Below the pieces are notes generated by a model. That model worked only from the letters and a program-made list of their open reading frames with translations. It had not been told where the DNA came from and ran no database searches. A DNA stretch of 64,000 nt. It comes from an uncultured Candidatus Saccharibacteria bacterium. GTDB taxonomy: Bacteria; Patescibacteriota; Minisyncoccia; Phycocordibacterales; UBA9973. How positions within the stretch are numbered: the stretch's first letter is position 1; the number at the start of each line of letters is the position of its first letter. A program made the position numbers and the translations under genes. The stretch lies in NCBI GenBank assembly GCA_964625065.1, contig CAZUZL010000002.1, positions 58,067-122,066 on the forward strand, in the 5' to 3' direction. Of the stretch, positions 49,714-60,507 are shown piece after piece.

Positions 49714-51249
49714 ATGCGTAAACTCATCATTCTATTCACTGCCCTATTGGGCCTTGTTGGAGCTGCACAAGCTCAAATCACTACTTCTAATGTTACCCTA
49801 TTCTCTGCACAAGGTGTCGAAAAAGGGATAATCACAACTACTAACATACGAGGTATTAAAGATACTTTGTATAGTGTAAACATCTGTATTTCCGCTACTA
49901 GTAGTGGATCACTGAGTTCAATAAAAACGTACACAATACGTGGCAACGATTCGGTTACAACAGTTGTTGATACAATAACTGATGCCAACTCGAACGGAGG
50001 TATACCATCTGCATGGTGGTATGTAAAAGTAAAATTGTATTCTGCGGGAATCGTAGATACAGTTTCTAATGTGGTAGGGCCTGTTAATGTAACAGATTCT
50101 ATTAAAAAACCTTCTGTTACATTGGTCGGAAAGCCATATGTTGACAGCCTTGGCAATGTTTCTTCGTACGCGAAAGTTACAACAAACGGAGATGCTGTGA
50201 TTTACTGGTATGCTGCGTACGATAGTACAAAAGTATATCGTGAACAGAACAGATACTACGACACTATCAAAGTTGGTTCGGGCACAGTAAATGGACTTGT
50301 AAATTTGGTTTTTGGAAACATTCCACTTAATAAAACAATATTTTGTGGAGTCAAAATAAAAAACAAAGCAGGTTCTGACAGTGTAACTGCAACAAAAAGT
50401 GATGTATACATGAACAAGCAAAAACCGAGTTGCGATATCGATTCGGTGTACAGATATGTGGATCATTTTAAAGTTAGATTACGAGTTGTAGGTTTTAAAT
50501 TAAGCACAACAAACGGATTAAATTTTAGAAAACTTGGAACGTCAGTATGGTTATCCGGCGACAGTGCCGTAATAACCGGTGACAGCATTCAATATCCGAT
50601 TATAAATACGCCAAACATTTTAGAACCAGAATCTGGTTATGAAATTCAGGCGTGGAGTAGAAATGCACTGGGTACAAGTTACTCAGTACCCCAAACTTGG
50701 TATACTACCAAGACATCTAGCCCAGGTTTCTTTTCAATAAAAGTTACTAAGGCTGTAGCAGGTATTAGAAAAGACTTAGATGTAAACTTTACCGTAACTA
50801 CTGCAAACGGAACAACAGCAAGTGTTACGCCGAAATTTTCAAAAAGTGCTGATTTTTATACAAGCTCAATGTCAGCTTCGTATGATATAAATTCATCTAC
50901 TGAAAACAGAAGTGAAAAAGTTGTGATACCAAATGCAGTGGACACAGGAAACTATTTCTTTACAATGCAAGGTATGGATAGTAAAGGTGTGCAGATATTA
51001 ATATCTGATATATACACCATCAAAGTTCGTAACTGGACCATGGGTATAGACCCGAACTACCAATTTATTGATTTTCAAACAGAACCAGGTACTATTTACC
51101 AAGTGTTTGATATCAATGGGAAAATAGTAAAAGAAGGGATAATGGTTGAAGCACATGAACAAATTAGTTTAGCTGAACTGCCAGCAGGTATCTATGTGTA
51201 TTCATTACACACAGGAAACTTGTTTACAACAGGTAAAATAATAAAATAA
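49714..51249 (+). CDS. Secreted protein with a T9SS-type C-terminal sorting domain (Por_Secre_tail-like).
   Basis: 511 aa with a signal peptide. The C-terminus VFDINGKIVKEGIMVEAHEQISLAELPAGIYVYSLHTGNLFTTGKIIK resembles type A T9SS CTDs. Confidence 0.55.
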   Translation: MRKLIILFTALLGLVGAAQAQITTSNVTLFSAQGVEKGIITTTNIRGIKDTLYSVNICISATSSGSLSSIKTYTIRGNDSVTTVVDTITDANSNGGIPSAWWYVKVKLYSAGIVDTVSNVVGPVNVTDSIKKPSVTLVGKPYVDSLGNVSSYAKVTTNGDAVIYWYAAYDSTKVYREQNRYYDTIKVGSGTVNGLVNLVFGNIPLNKTIFCGVKIKNKAGSDSVTATKSDVYMNKQKPSCDIDSVYRYVDHFKVRLRVVGFKLSTTNGLNFRKLGTSVWLSGDSAVITGDSIQYPIINTPNILEPESGYEIQAWSRNALGTSYSVPQTWYTTKTSSPGFFSIKVTKAVAGIRKDLDVNFTVTTANGTTASVTPKFSKSADFYTSSMSASYDINSSTENRSEKVVIPNAVDTGNYFFTMQGMDSKGVQILISDIYTIKVRNWTMGIDPNYQFIDFQTEPGTIYQVFDINGKIVKEGIMVEAHEQISLAELPAGIYVYSLHTGNLFTTGKIIK

Positions 51250-51340
51250 AAAACTCTGCGGAGTTTAAGCCCCGACACAATTGTGTTGGGGTTTTTTAAT
51301 TTCTAATAATAGGTAGTGTGTTTTTAAAAGGCAAAATACG

Positions 51341-51838
51341 ATGTATAATAAAACAAATATCTTTTTCAATATGAAACACACACTGATTATACTGTTTTGT
51401 TTTTTTACATTGCTATGTAATAGCCAAACCAATACCGATGTAGATCGGGAAATGGTTAAAACACAGGTGGTTAAAGTTGTTAAACTCCTAGAAGAAAAGT
51501 ACCCTAAAACACTGACCGACCCAGATCCAATGAACACGGTTAGTGCATGGATAGAGGTAACTGATTCTGGTGCCCAGGGTGTACGCACAACCGGTTTGTA
51601 TTATTATAAAAATGGTACAAAAGATTTGTGGTTAAGTTTAAAATACTACGACGCCGGTGCAAACGGATGGGGTGAAGTTTGTGTACCCGGCCAGTATGTA
51701 GACTGCGACGGTATGCCACCAGGTGTACCCCAGCAATTTACAAACTGGACACTAGCAGACAGACAGAAATATTTGAATGAATATTTCTGTGAACTAGAGT
51801 ACTGGCAGGCAATACTAACATACACACCAGCCAACTAA
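51341..51838 (+). CDS. Small secreted Cys-containing protein.
   Basis: 165-aa ORF. The likely start is the internal Met at 51371 (MKHTLIILFCFFTLLC), which begins a signal peptide. Confidence 0.45.
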   Translation: MYNKTNIFFNMKHTLIILFCFFTLLCNSQTNTDVDREMVKTQVVKVVKLLEEKYPKTLTDPDPMNTVSAWIEVTDSGAQGVRTTGLYYYKNGTKDLWLSLKYYDAGANGWGEVCVPGQYVDCDGMPPGVPQQFTNWTLADRQKYLNEYFCELEYWQAILTYTPAN

Positions 51839-51859
51839 ATACAAAACCCGTTCTATAGC

Positions 51860-52210
51860 ATGAACGGGTTTTTTGATTGCCAACACAATATAACTATGCT
51901 ATGGTTAGAAAAAATACAAAACATCATGGCTCTATTTGAAAACACGAAACCCGTCATAATGTGGTTGCCTGTATGGTACACCTGCCGTTGTGGTGGCGAT
52001 ATACTACAAAAAGTTGAAAAACGTAAAAAGATTTGGGCTTATGGTGGTAGATACGCTGGTGCTTCAAACCCTTACTACATACCTGAATATATTAATATGC
52101 GAGAGTATAAATGTTCAGAATGCGAAAAGAAATTTAAAACTACGATCTTTCTTAGAAAGAAAACAAAACCTACTTTGGTTTTAGAAAATGGTGAATTTAA
52201 ATTCACCTAG
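51860..52210 (+). CDS. Hypothetical zinc-ribbon protein.
   Basis: 116 aa with a CxC...CSEC Cys pattern. A terminator hairpin gccggaaatttatttccggc follows at 52222-52245. Confidence 0.4.
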   Translation: MNGFFDCQHNITMLWLEKIQNIMALFENTKPVIMWLPVWYTCRCGGDILQKVEKRKKIWAYGGRYAGASNPYYIPEYINMREYKCSECEKKFKTTIFLRKKTKPTLVLENGEFKFT

Positions 52211-52509
52211 TGAATAGTACTAAGCCGGAAATTTATTTCCGGCTTTTTTATTTTATACACTATAACGGAATTTAACGGTCGTTAATTTCCGTTACCATTA
52301 CACACAAATAACAAAAACCACCTTTCGGTGGTTTTTGTAGAGGATACAAACTTTCTTTTGTTTCGTTCTGACCGGGACTTTCCCCGGCGTCAACATGGTT
52401 AAGGTCACAACATGCTTGGACCATTATGCACTCGATCGAGCTGCACAATATCGACACCATAAGTGTATATCTGGTTGAATAGATATAAACACGGTTTCAA
52501 ATTGAATTA

Positions 52510-54083
<1,574 letters not shown>

Positions 54084-54394
54084 ATATAAGAGGTAAATTT
54101 TAGTTTATCTCTTCGTAAAAAGAGACAAGATAAAGAATATTATTGTATATGTTGTTTGCACAAAGATGAATATATGTAAGGACCGTTTGACCGGCCTTTT
54201 ACCAGATATTCTACTTTGTTATTGTTTTGTCAAAGTACTTTTTACCTTTAGGGCACAAGGCATTTTAGCTCCCCCTGCCCTCAAAATAAAACCCCTATTC
54301 AAGAGGTAGAGAGTATTCTATACGAAGTAAAATATAAGTCAAGCGGTTAACCTAGACTTATAAATATGGTGTTAAACGCGCTTTCAATTTAAAA

Positions 54395-54425
54395 AGCCAC
54401 TCGGAAATTCAGAGTGGCTTTTTAA
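54395..54425. terminator. Terminator downstream of secF.
   Basis: aaaaagccactctgaatttccgagtggcttttt. Confidence 0.6.
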
Positions 54426-54435
54426 ATTGAATTAT

Positions 54436-55362
54436 CTAAGAAATCGACTGATCTAAGAGCTTCTTATCCTGTCGCTTCTTCAAACTAACAAGCATTGGTG
54501 ATGCAAAGAAAATTGAAGAGTAAGTTCCAGCGATGACTCCGAAGATGAGAGCGAGTGCGAAATATTTTGTTGAATCTCCTCCAATGAAGAAAATACATAA
54601 GAGTGAGATTAGCGTTGTACACGAAGTGTTTATGGATCGTGACGCAGTCTGCATCAAACTGTCTCCAACAATGGAGTCGAAGTTTTCTTTTCGATCTTTG
54701 TCAGAATACCTCAAGAGATTTTCGCGTATTCGATCAAATACGATAATAGTGTCGTTAATCGAATACCCGAGAATTACAAGAATCGCGACGACAAACAGTG
54801 AATCGACTTCCACTCCGTAGAAATGACCAAGGAATGAAAAGACTCCGACAGGAATCAGTATGTCGTGAACGAGTGTTGCGATAGCTACAAACCCATATTT
54901 CCACGAAGAAACTGGGCGGGACACGTGCCTAAAAGCGTACGCAATGAACAATGTGATAAGTAATACCACAGCGATGAAGGAGAAGATAGCCTTTTTCTGA
55001 AGCTCATTTCCGAGTGTTGGTCCAATCGTATTAAATTTCTTCTCAGAAACTTTGCCGACTGTTGCAAGAGCAGTCATAAGCGCATTCTTTTGAACTTCTT
55101 CAATTGTTTTTGATCTCAAAGTAAAACCCATATCCCCTGTCTCGCGAATTGAATAATCACCAAGATCGATATTCTGGGAAAGAACTGTAGTTTCAACTAG
55201 CTGCTTTTCAGGACGATTACCCTCGAATGCAAATTCAAGAACTGAGCCACCAGTGAAATCAACTCCAAATTTAACCCCCCAAGTTGCCAAGAAAATAATC
55301 GATAGGCCGAGCAAGACACCAGACAGCGCATAAAATATTTTTCGTTTATTGATGATCCACAT
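54436..55362 (-). CDS. secF: Protein translocase subunit SecF.
   Basis: 308-aa membrane protein adjacent to secD with the SecF TM pattern. Confidence 0.8.
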   Translation of the reverse strand: MWIINKRKIFYALSGVLLGLSIIFLATWGVKFGVDFTGGSVLEFAFEGNRPEKQLVETTVLSQNIDLGDYSIRETGDMGFTLRSKTIEEVQKNALMTALATVGKVSEKKFNTIGPTLGNELQKKAIFSFIAVVLLITLFIAYAFRHVSRPVSSWKYGFVAIATLVHDILIPVGVFSFLGHFYGVEVDSLFVVAILVILGYSINDTIIVFDRIRENLLRYSDKDRKENFDSIVGDSLMQTASRSINTSCTTLISLLCIFFIGGDSTKYFALALIFGVIAGTYSSIFFASPMLVSLKKRQDKKLLDQSIS

Positions 55363-55365
55363 ATA

Positions 55366-56712
55366 TTATTTCTTAGCGAATAAAACTTGTAATTTTGAGC
55401 CGACTTTTTTGGTGCTGATTGCAAGCAACAACCATTTCGAAATCACTATCGCGGTAAACATACTCACGATGACACCAAGGGCAAACACGAGTGAGAAACC
55501 TTTGACAAGTGATGAGCCGGACATCCAGAACAAAATCACCGCGGAAATAAGGCTTGATAGGTTACCATCACGGATCGAAGACCACGCGCGTCGAGTACTT
55601 TCGCTGACAGCTTCGAAGACTGAAAGACCCAGGCGCAATTCTTCTTTTAATCGAGCAAAAATCAAAATATTCGCATCAACCGCCATACCGAGTGACAAGA
55701 CAAATCCTGCGAGACCAGCGGATGTCAAAATCACCGGAATGAACTTAAAGAGTGCGAGCATAATTACCACGTACATCATGAGAGAAATCGAAGCAATCAC
55801 ACCCGGTAATCGATACAACAAAATCATAAAAATAAAGATGAATGCAAGAGACCACGTAAGTGCCTTGACCCCTTTGTCCAATGTATTCTGACCAAGTGAT
55901 GCTCCGATTGACTCAGTTTCAAGTAATTTGATTGGTAAAGGTAACGCACCAAAATTCAAATTTTGAACAAGTTTTTTTGCTTCTGCCGGAGAAAAGTCCC
56001 CAGTAATTTGGGCCGTACCAGCAGTAATTTCATCACGGATAACGGGAGAAGAAATTGGTGTTCCGTCGAGGAAAATCGCCATAATACGACCAACATTATC
56101 CTTGGTTAATTTCGAGAGAAGTTCCTTGCCCTCTGTATTAAATTCAATCGAAACAATTGGTTGGCGGCTATAGTTATCAAAAACCAAGCTTGCGCGCTTC
56201 ATCTGTGCCCCAGTAAGTCCAGTTGGGATATACATTTTCGATTGCACTTCAGCAATCTGTTCAGGAGTTGATGTTGCAGTAACTGAATCGAGTACAGCAG
56301 TATCATTTGTCAGGATTTTAAATTCCAAAAGTGGCGTCTGACCAATCATGCGAATCGCTTCATTCACATCAGTCACACCTGGCAATTCCACAGTTAGACG
56401 ATTTTCTGACGCATCATCTCCGAGAAATCCAGATTTTTCAACTTGAATAATTGGCTCTGAAACACCCAAAATATTCACGCGCTTTTCGATAGTCTGACGC
56501 AAAGCATCCATAGCACCGTCGATATCTTTTTCCTCTACAGCCCTCGTATCCGCACCATATGTTAAATGTGTTCCGCCATCCAAGTCCAAACCGAGCTTAA
56601 ATTTAAAAGCTGAATTTGGATTAACTTCACTTGAATAAACAAACCACGCTATTAAAACACCGCCAATTAATAATGCCAAAGCTACTAATCTTGTTTTCAA
56701 CATATTTCGCAA
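55366..56712 (-). CDS. secD: Protein translocase subunit SecD.
   Basis: 448 aa with a large periplasmic domain and C-terminal TM bundle. Confidence 0.8.
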   Translation of the reverse strand: MRNMLKTRLVALALLIGGVLIAWFVYSSEVNPNSAFKFKLGLDLDGGTHLTYGADTRAVEEKDIDGAMDALRQTIEKRVNILGVSEPIIQVEKSGFLGDDASENRLTVELPGVTDVNEAIRMIGQTPLLEFKILTNDTAVLDSVTATSTPEQIAEVQSKMYIPTGLTGAQMKRASLVFDNYSRQPIVSIEFNTEGKELLSKLTKDNVGRIMAIFLDGTPISSPVIRDEITAGTAQITGDFSPAEAKKLVQNLNFGALPLPIKLLETESIGASLGQNTLDKGVKALTWSLAFIFIFMILLYRLPGVIASISLMMYVVIMLALFKFIPVILTSAGLAGFVLSLGMAVDANILIFARLKEELRLGLSVFEAVSESTRRAWSSIRDGNLSSLISAVILFWMSGSSLVKGFSLVFALGVIVSMFTAIVISKWLLLAISTKKVGSKLQVLFAKK

Positions 56713-56768
56713 TTATACGAGCGTTTTGAGGTAAAATCCAGATGACAATATCAATATTTTGTGTTGTT

Positions 56769-58082
56769 TTAACGACCACTTCGTAGAATAATTGTCCGGG
56801 CGGTCTTTAAGAAAATCTCAAAATCCAAGAAAAGTGACCGATTTTTAACATAAAATAAATCATACGCGAGCTTATTTTTTGTCTCTATAACATCTAATTC
56901 GTGATGTGGGTGATTTTCATGATAAATTTGTGCCCAACCAGAAAGTCCCGGTTTGATCAAATGACGAATATTGTAATATGGAATCTGTGCATTATACGAT
57001 GCAACCATGTCGACTTTTTCAGGACGAGGTCCAATGAGTGACAAATCCCCCCGTATCACATTCCAAATTTGCGGCAATTCGTCGATGCGGGTTTTGCGCA
57101 GAAAATTTCCTACCGATGTTACCTTATCATCTGCCATAGATCGAAACTTATAAATTTTAATCTTTTTGTTATCTTTTCCAATTCTTTCTTGAGTAAAAAA
57201 GATCGATCCACCGTCCTGCATTTTGATAGCGAGACACACAAAAGGATAGAAAATGAGTGAGACAAGCCCAATCGCAAGTCCAATCATTACATCAACCACG
57301 CGTTTAATCCCATCGTACATCATATGAGTATCAGTAGTAATATGTCTCAAAAACCATCCATGACCAACAATGGAAATCGGGATCTTTGCAAATACCTGTT
57401 CATACACTGTATGCATATCAACAAAACGAACTTTTGAAAACATTAAATTGTAGAACCGATTGAGAAGTGGTTGGATTTTGACATTTTCTGAATCAATCAC
57501 CACATTTTTGATATCTTCGGAGTAAATGAAAGCGACGATTTCGTCTTGTAAATTGAGCGAATCAACTTTATCCAGATTAATGTAGTTTGTGAAATAAAAA
57601 CCGTATTTACCACGATTCACCTCATTCTTTAATTCAATCATCTCTTCCCCATGTGCGATAAGAAGAGATTTTTCGCGCTCACCGCGATAAAAAAGCGGTC
57701 GAACAAAAATTCTCCAGCCTGCAAGTAAACCAAGCGAAACAATCAGGTAAATAAACAACGTAATTTTAGGTGTAATCGAAAAAGCCGGAATGAAATAGAA
57801 AAAGACAATCGCAAGAACAATATTCACAATTTGCGTAGTAACGAGGAGTTTTGGTAGATGTCTTTTGGCAACTACATTAAAACGGTCATAGAGGCCTGCG
57901 ACATAGAAAATCGCTATCCAAGCCAAAAATAGTATAGAAAATGGTTGAATGTGACCAATAAGCCCACCCAAGTCTGGTAACTCGATATGACGAACCAGCA
58001 AGGTAATCCAAATAGAAACATAAAGCACAAATAGGTCTCCACACAACAGAATCAGGGGTTCTTTTTTGTTGACTATATTCAT
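56769..58082 (-). CDS. Polyprenyl-phosphate sugar phosphotransferase (WbaP/bacterial sugar transferase family).
   Basis: C-terminal sugar-transferase domain with DELPQIWNVIRGDLSLIGPRPE. The ORF-track start 58139 overlaps the divergent GT4 gene, so I chose the internal Met at 58082 (MNIVNKK). Confidence 0.7.
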   Translation of the reverse strand: MNIVNKKEPLILLCGDLFVLYVSIWITLLVRHIELPDLGGLIGHIQPFSILFLAWIAIFYVAGLYDRFNVVAKRHLPKLLVTTQIVNIVLAIVFFYFIPAFSITPKITLFIYLIVSLGLLAGWRIFVRPLFYRGEREKSLLIAHGEEMIELKNEVNRGKYGFYFTNYINLDKVDSLNLQDEIVAFIYSEDIKNVVIDSENVKIQPLLNRFYNLMFSKVRFVDMHTVYEQVFAKIPISIVGHGWFLRHITTDTHMMYDGIKRVVDVMIGLAIGLVSLIFYPFVCLAIKMQDGGSIFFTQERIGKDNKKIKIYKFRSMADDKVTSVGNFLRKTRIDELPQIWNVIRGDLSLIGPRPEKVDMVASYNAQIPYYNIRHLIKPGLSGWAQIYHENHPHHELDVIETKNKLAYDLFYVKNRSLFLDFEIFLKTARTIILRSGR

Positions 58083-58116
58083 ATTGCTATAATATAGATA
58101 TACTATACTAAATTCA

Positions 58117-59148
58117 ATGAAAACTCTATACGTAATCACAAAATCAAATTGGGGTGGTGCTCAGAAATATGTGTACGACCAAGCTGCGATGCGAGCCAGA
58201 TATCCTGATGCAAAAGTAGCGGTGCTTGCTGGAGGTAACGGTGAATTATGTGATCGTCTCGAAAAAATAGGTGTACCAGTTTATCACATACCAAACTTGG
58301 AAAGGGATATTAACATCTTCAAGGAATTTTCTGTTTTCGCTACACTACTCAAAACATATCGCAGCACGAAACCAAACATTATCCATTTAAATAGTTCCAA
58401 AATTGGAGCAATCGGGGCTTTAGCTGGTCGACTTCATAACCTTTTTTCAAAACAAAAAGCTAAAATAATCTTTACTGCGCACGGATGGGCTTTCAATGAA
58501 GATCGTAATCCAATTAGCAAATTTATAATTACAGTAATTTCATATTTCACTATCTTGATGTGTCACGAAGTTATTGTGCTATCTAATTTTGAACGCGATC
58601 AAGTATCTCGATGGCGGGGGTGCTCAAGAAAGATTCGTGTGGAAAAACTGCGAATCGCACCGATTGATTTCTCCATTACATCCGATGCACGAAATATTCT
58701 CACCAGCAAGCTCCCCGCTCTGCGCGAACATATCAATAAAAGATGGGTTGGAACAATAGCCGAACTTCACAAAAACAAAGGTCTCGGGTTCGGCATCGAG
58801 GCAATCAGAAATATTCGTGATCAAAATTTCGTCTGGGTGATTATTGGAGAGGGTGAAGCGCGCACAATACTCCAACGTGAAATTCTGAAGTACAATCTAC
58901 AAAATAAAATATTTCTAGTTGGATACGTATCGGATGCATCAAAATTACTCGGGGCTTTTGACATGTTTCTCCTCCCTTCTATCAAAGAGGGATTGCCATA
59001 TGTTTTATTAGAAGCAGAGCAAGCAAAATTACCGATAATCGCAACTGAGGTCGGCGGAATTCCGGAATATTTTAACAAAACTCCAAATATAATCGTGCCC
59101 CCAAGAGATCCCCAATCTCTATCCAATGCTATTTTAAAAATGATATAA
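58117..59148 (+). CDS. Group 1 (GT4) glycosyltransferase.
   Basis: 343 aa with the EX7E-type region EGLPYVLLEAEQAKLPIIATEVGGIPE. Confidence 0.7.
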   Translation: MKTLYVITKSNWGGAQKYVYDQAAMRARYPDAKVAVLAGGNGELCDRLEKIGVPVYHIPNLERDINIFKEFSVFATLLKTYRSTKPNIIHLNSSKIGAIGALAGRLHNLFSKQKAKIIFTAHGWAFNEDRNPISKFIITVISYFTILMCHEVIVLSNFERDQVSRWRGCSRKIRVEKLRIAPIDFSITSDARNILTSKLPALREHINKRWVGTIAELHKNKGLGFGIEAIRNIRDQNFVWVIIGEGEARTILQREILKYNLQNKIFLVGYVSDASKLLGAFDMFLLPSIKEGLPYVLLEAEQAKLPIIATEVGGIPEYFNKTPNIIVPPRDPQSLSNAILKMI

Positions 59149-59156
59149 TATTTTTC

Positions 59157-59684
59157 ATGTCTAATACCAACAAAAAATATGGTTTCACCCTCATTGAACT
59201 ACTCGTAGTTGTCTCCATTATCGCATTACTTTCAAGTGTCATTTTGGGCGCACTCCAGGACGCACGCGTAAAAGCACGGGATCGCGCGCTCTTTTCGGGA
59301 GTTTTAGAATTACAAAAAGCAGTCGAGTTATATAAGTTAAAGTATGGGGTGTACCCGCAAAGATCCGATGGACAAGCAAACGTAAATATTACTCGAGATT
59401 CGGATGGGGCATATTCATCAAATAATGATGTCCAGCGCGACTACATACTACCTCAAATTAGAGAATTTATTCCAGATATGCCTCAACCAACTGCTGTTGG
59501 TGGTTTTGTTTCATTTTATCATAGTCCTAGCTTCACTTGTACTGACAACCTAACAGCGCCATACATGATCCTATTCACACCTGAAAATATGAGTTCATTT
59601 TCAAACCTACCGAGTGGTCGCAGAACTACTACCACAGGAGCGATCTCTTTTGCTAGTTATGCTAAGTGTCTCTCTGGCAAATAA
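59157..59684 (+). CDS. Type IV pilin-like protein (prepilin N-terminal methylation domain).
   Basis: MSNTNKKYG|FTLIELLVVVSIIALL, a class III signal with G-1/F+1/E+5. TATAAT lies 7 nt before the ATG. Confidence 0.7.
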   Translation: MSNTNKKYGFTLIELLVVVSIIALLSSVILGALQDARVKARDRALFSGVLELQKAVELYKLKYGVYPQRSDGQANVNITRDSDGAYSSNNDVQRDYILPQIREFIPDMPQPTAVGGFVSFYHSPSFTCTDNLTAPYMILFTPENMSSFSNLPSGRRTTTTGAISFASYAKCLSGK

Positions 59685-59729
59685 AAGATGGTTGGCCTCA
59701 TCCGCTAATCATATGATATAATTTAAAAC

Positions 59730-59984
59730 ATGAGCGATATACAATTCGAGGATTCAAATTATCGGGTGCAAAGTTACTCAACAAATTCCAACACTGGCCT
59801 CACTAGCTGGTTGGTTAGAAAAGGTTTGGTCAAAAACGAAGCTGCGGCAGAAATATTCCTTCTTATTATGGCAATTATATTCTTCATTCTTGCAGCCATG
59901 ATGTTTTTCAATGACAACAAAAGTATCATACCGATCGGAGATATCGACACAGAATTATTAGATGCAGAAGCTAACAATATATAA
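59730..59984 (+). CDS. Small membrane protein between the two pilin genes.
   Basis: 84 aa with one TM helix. TATAAT lies 7 nt before the ATG. Confidence 0.45.
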   Translation: MSDIQFEDSNYRVQSYSTNSNTGLTSWLVRKGLVKNEAAAEIFLLIMAIIFFILAAMMFFNDNKSIIPIGDIDTELLDAEANNI

Positions 59985-59988
59985 TTAC

Positions 59989-60489
59989 ATGAGAGGCAAC
60001 ACATCCAAACAAGGTTTTACTTTAATCGAACTTCTAGTTGTAGTTTCTATCATCTCACTCTTATCCATCGTCATTCTCGGTGCTCTGAATGATGCACGAG
60101 CAAAGGCACGGGATCGAGCACTATTTTCTGGAGTTTTGGAGTTACAAAAAGCGGTAGAGTCATATAAGTTGAAGTATGGGGTGTATCCAGCAGGAGGTAC
60201 TTACGCTTCCTACATAGCGAGAAATTATCTTGGTACATATTCTGGTGCTCCTGGTTACGCAACAGTCCTGACAAACATACAGGAATTTATCCCAAACATA
60301 CCCCAACCAACCACGGGATCTGTAGGATTTTACACTCAATCCAATATAAAATGTGTCGGTCAAGAAAATGCCCCTTATGCAATTTCTTTTACACCAGAAA
60401 ATTTATCTACTTTTGCACATCTACCCTTCTACAACAACTCAAATAACGCAGCACCGTCAACTACAGTAAAATGTGTAACGAGCGAATAA
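59989..60489 (+). CDS. Type IV pilin-like protein, paralogue of the 59157 gene.
   Basis: MRGNTSKQG|FTLIELLVVVSIISLL. The start moved to internal Met 59989 because TATAAT sits immediately upstream. Shares LFSGVLELQKAVE(L/S)YKLKYGVYP with the first pilin. Confidence 0.7.
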   Translation: MRGNTSKQGFTLIELLVVVSIISLLSIVILGALNDARAKARDRALFSGVLELQKAVESYKLKYGVYPAGGTYASYIARNYLGTYSGAPGYATVLTNIQEFIPNIPQPTTGSVGFYTQSNIKCVGQENAPYAISFTPENLSTFAHLPFYNNSNNAAPSTTVKCVTSE

Positions 60490-60507
60490 GTCTGATATCT
60501 CTACCGA

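Noticed and set aside
52272-52460. 62-aa ORF between the 16S 3' end and its terminator.
   Set aside because: It lies in the rRNA trailer, has no promoter or leaderless signal, and gives an implausible Cys-rich translation.
52340-52500. A tRNA (Ile/Ala) downstream of the 16S, as in typical rrn operons.
   Set aside because: No cloverleaf can be folded. There is no GTTCGAATCC-like T-arm. I found only the hairpin ccgggactttccccgg.
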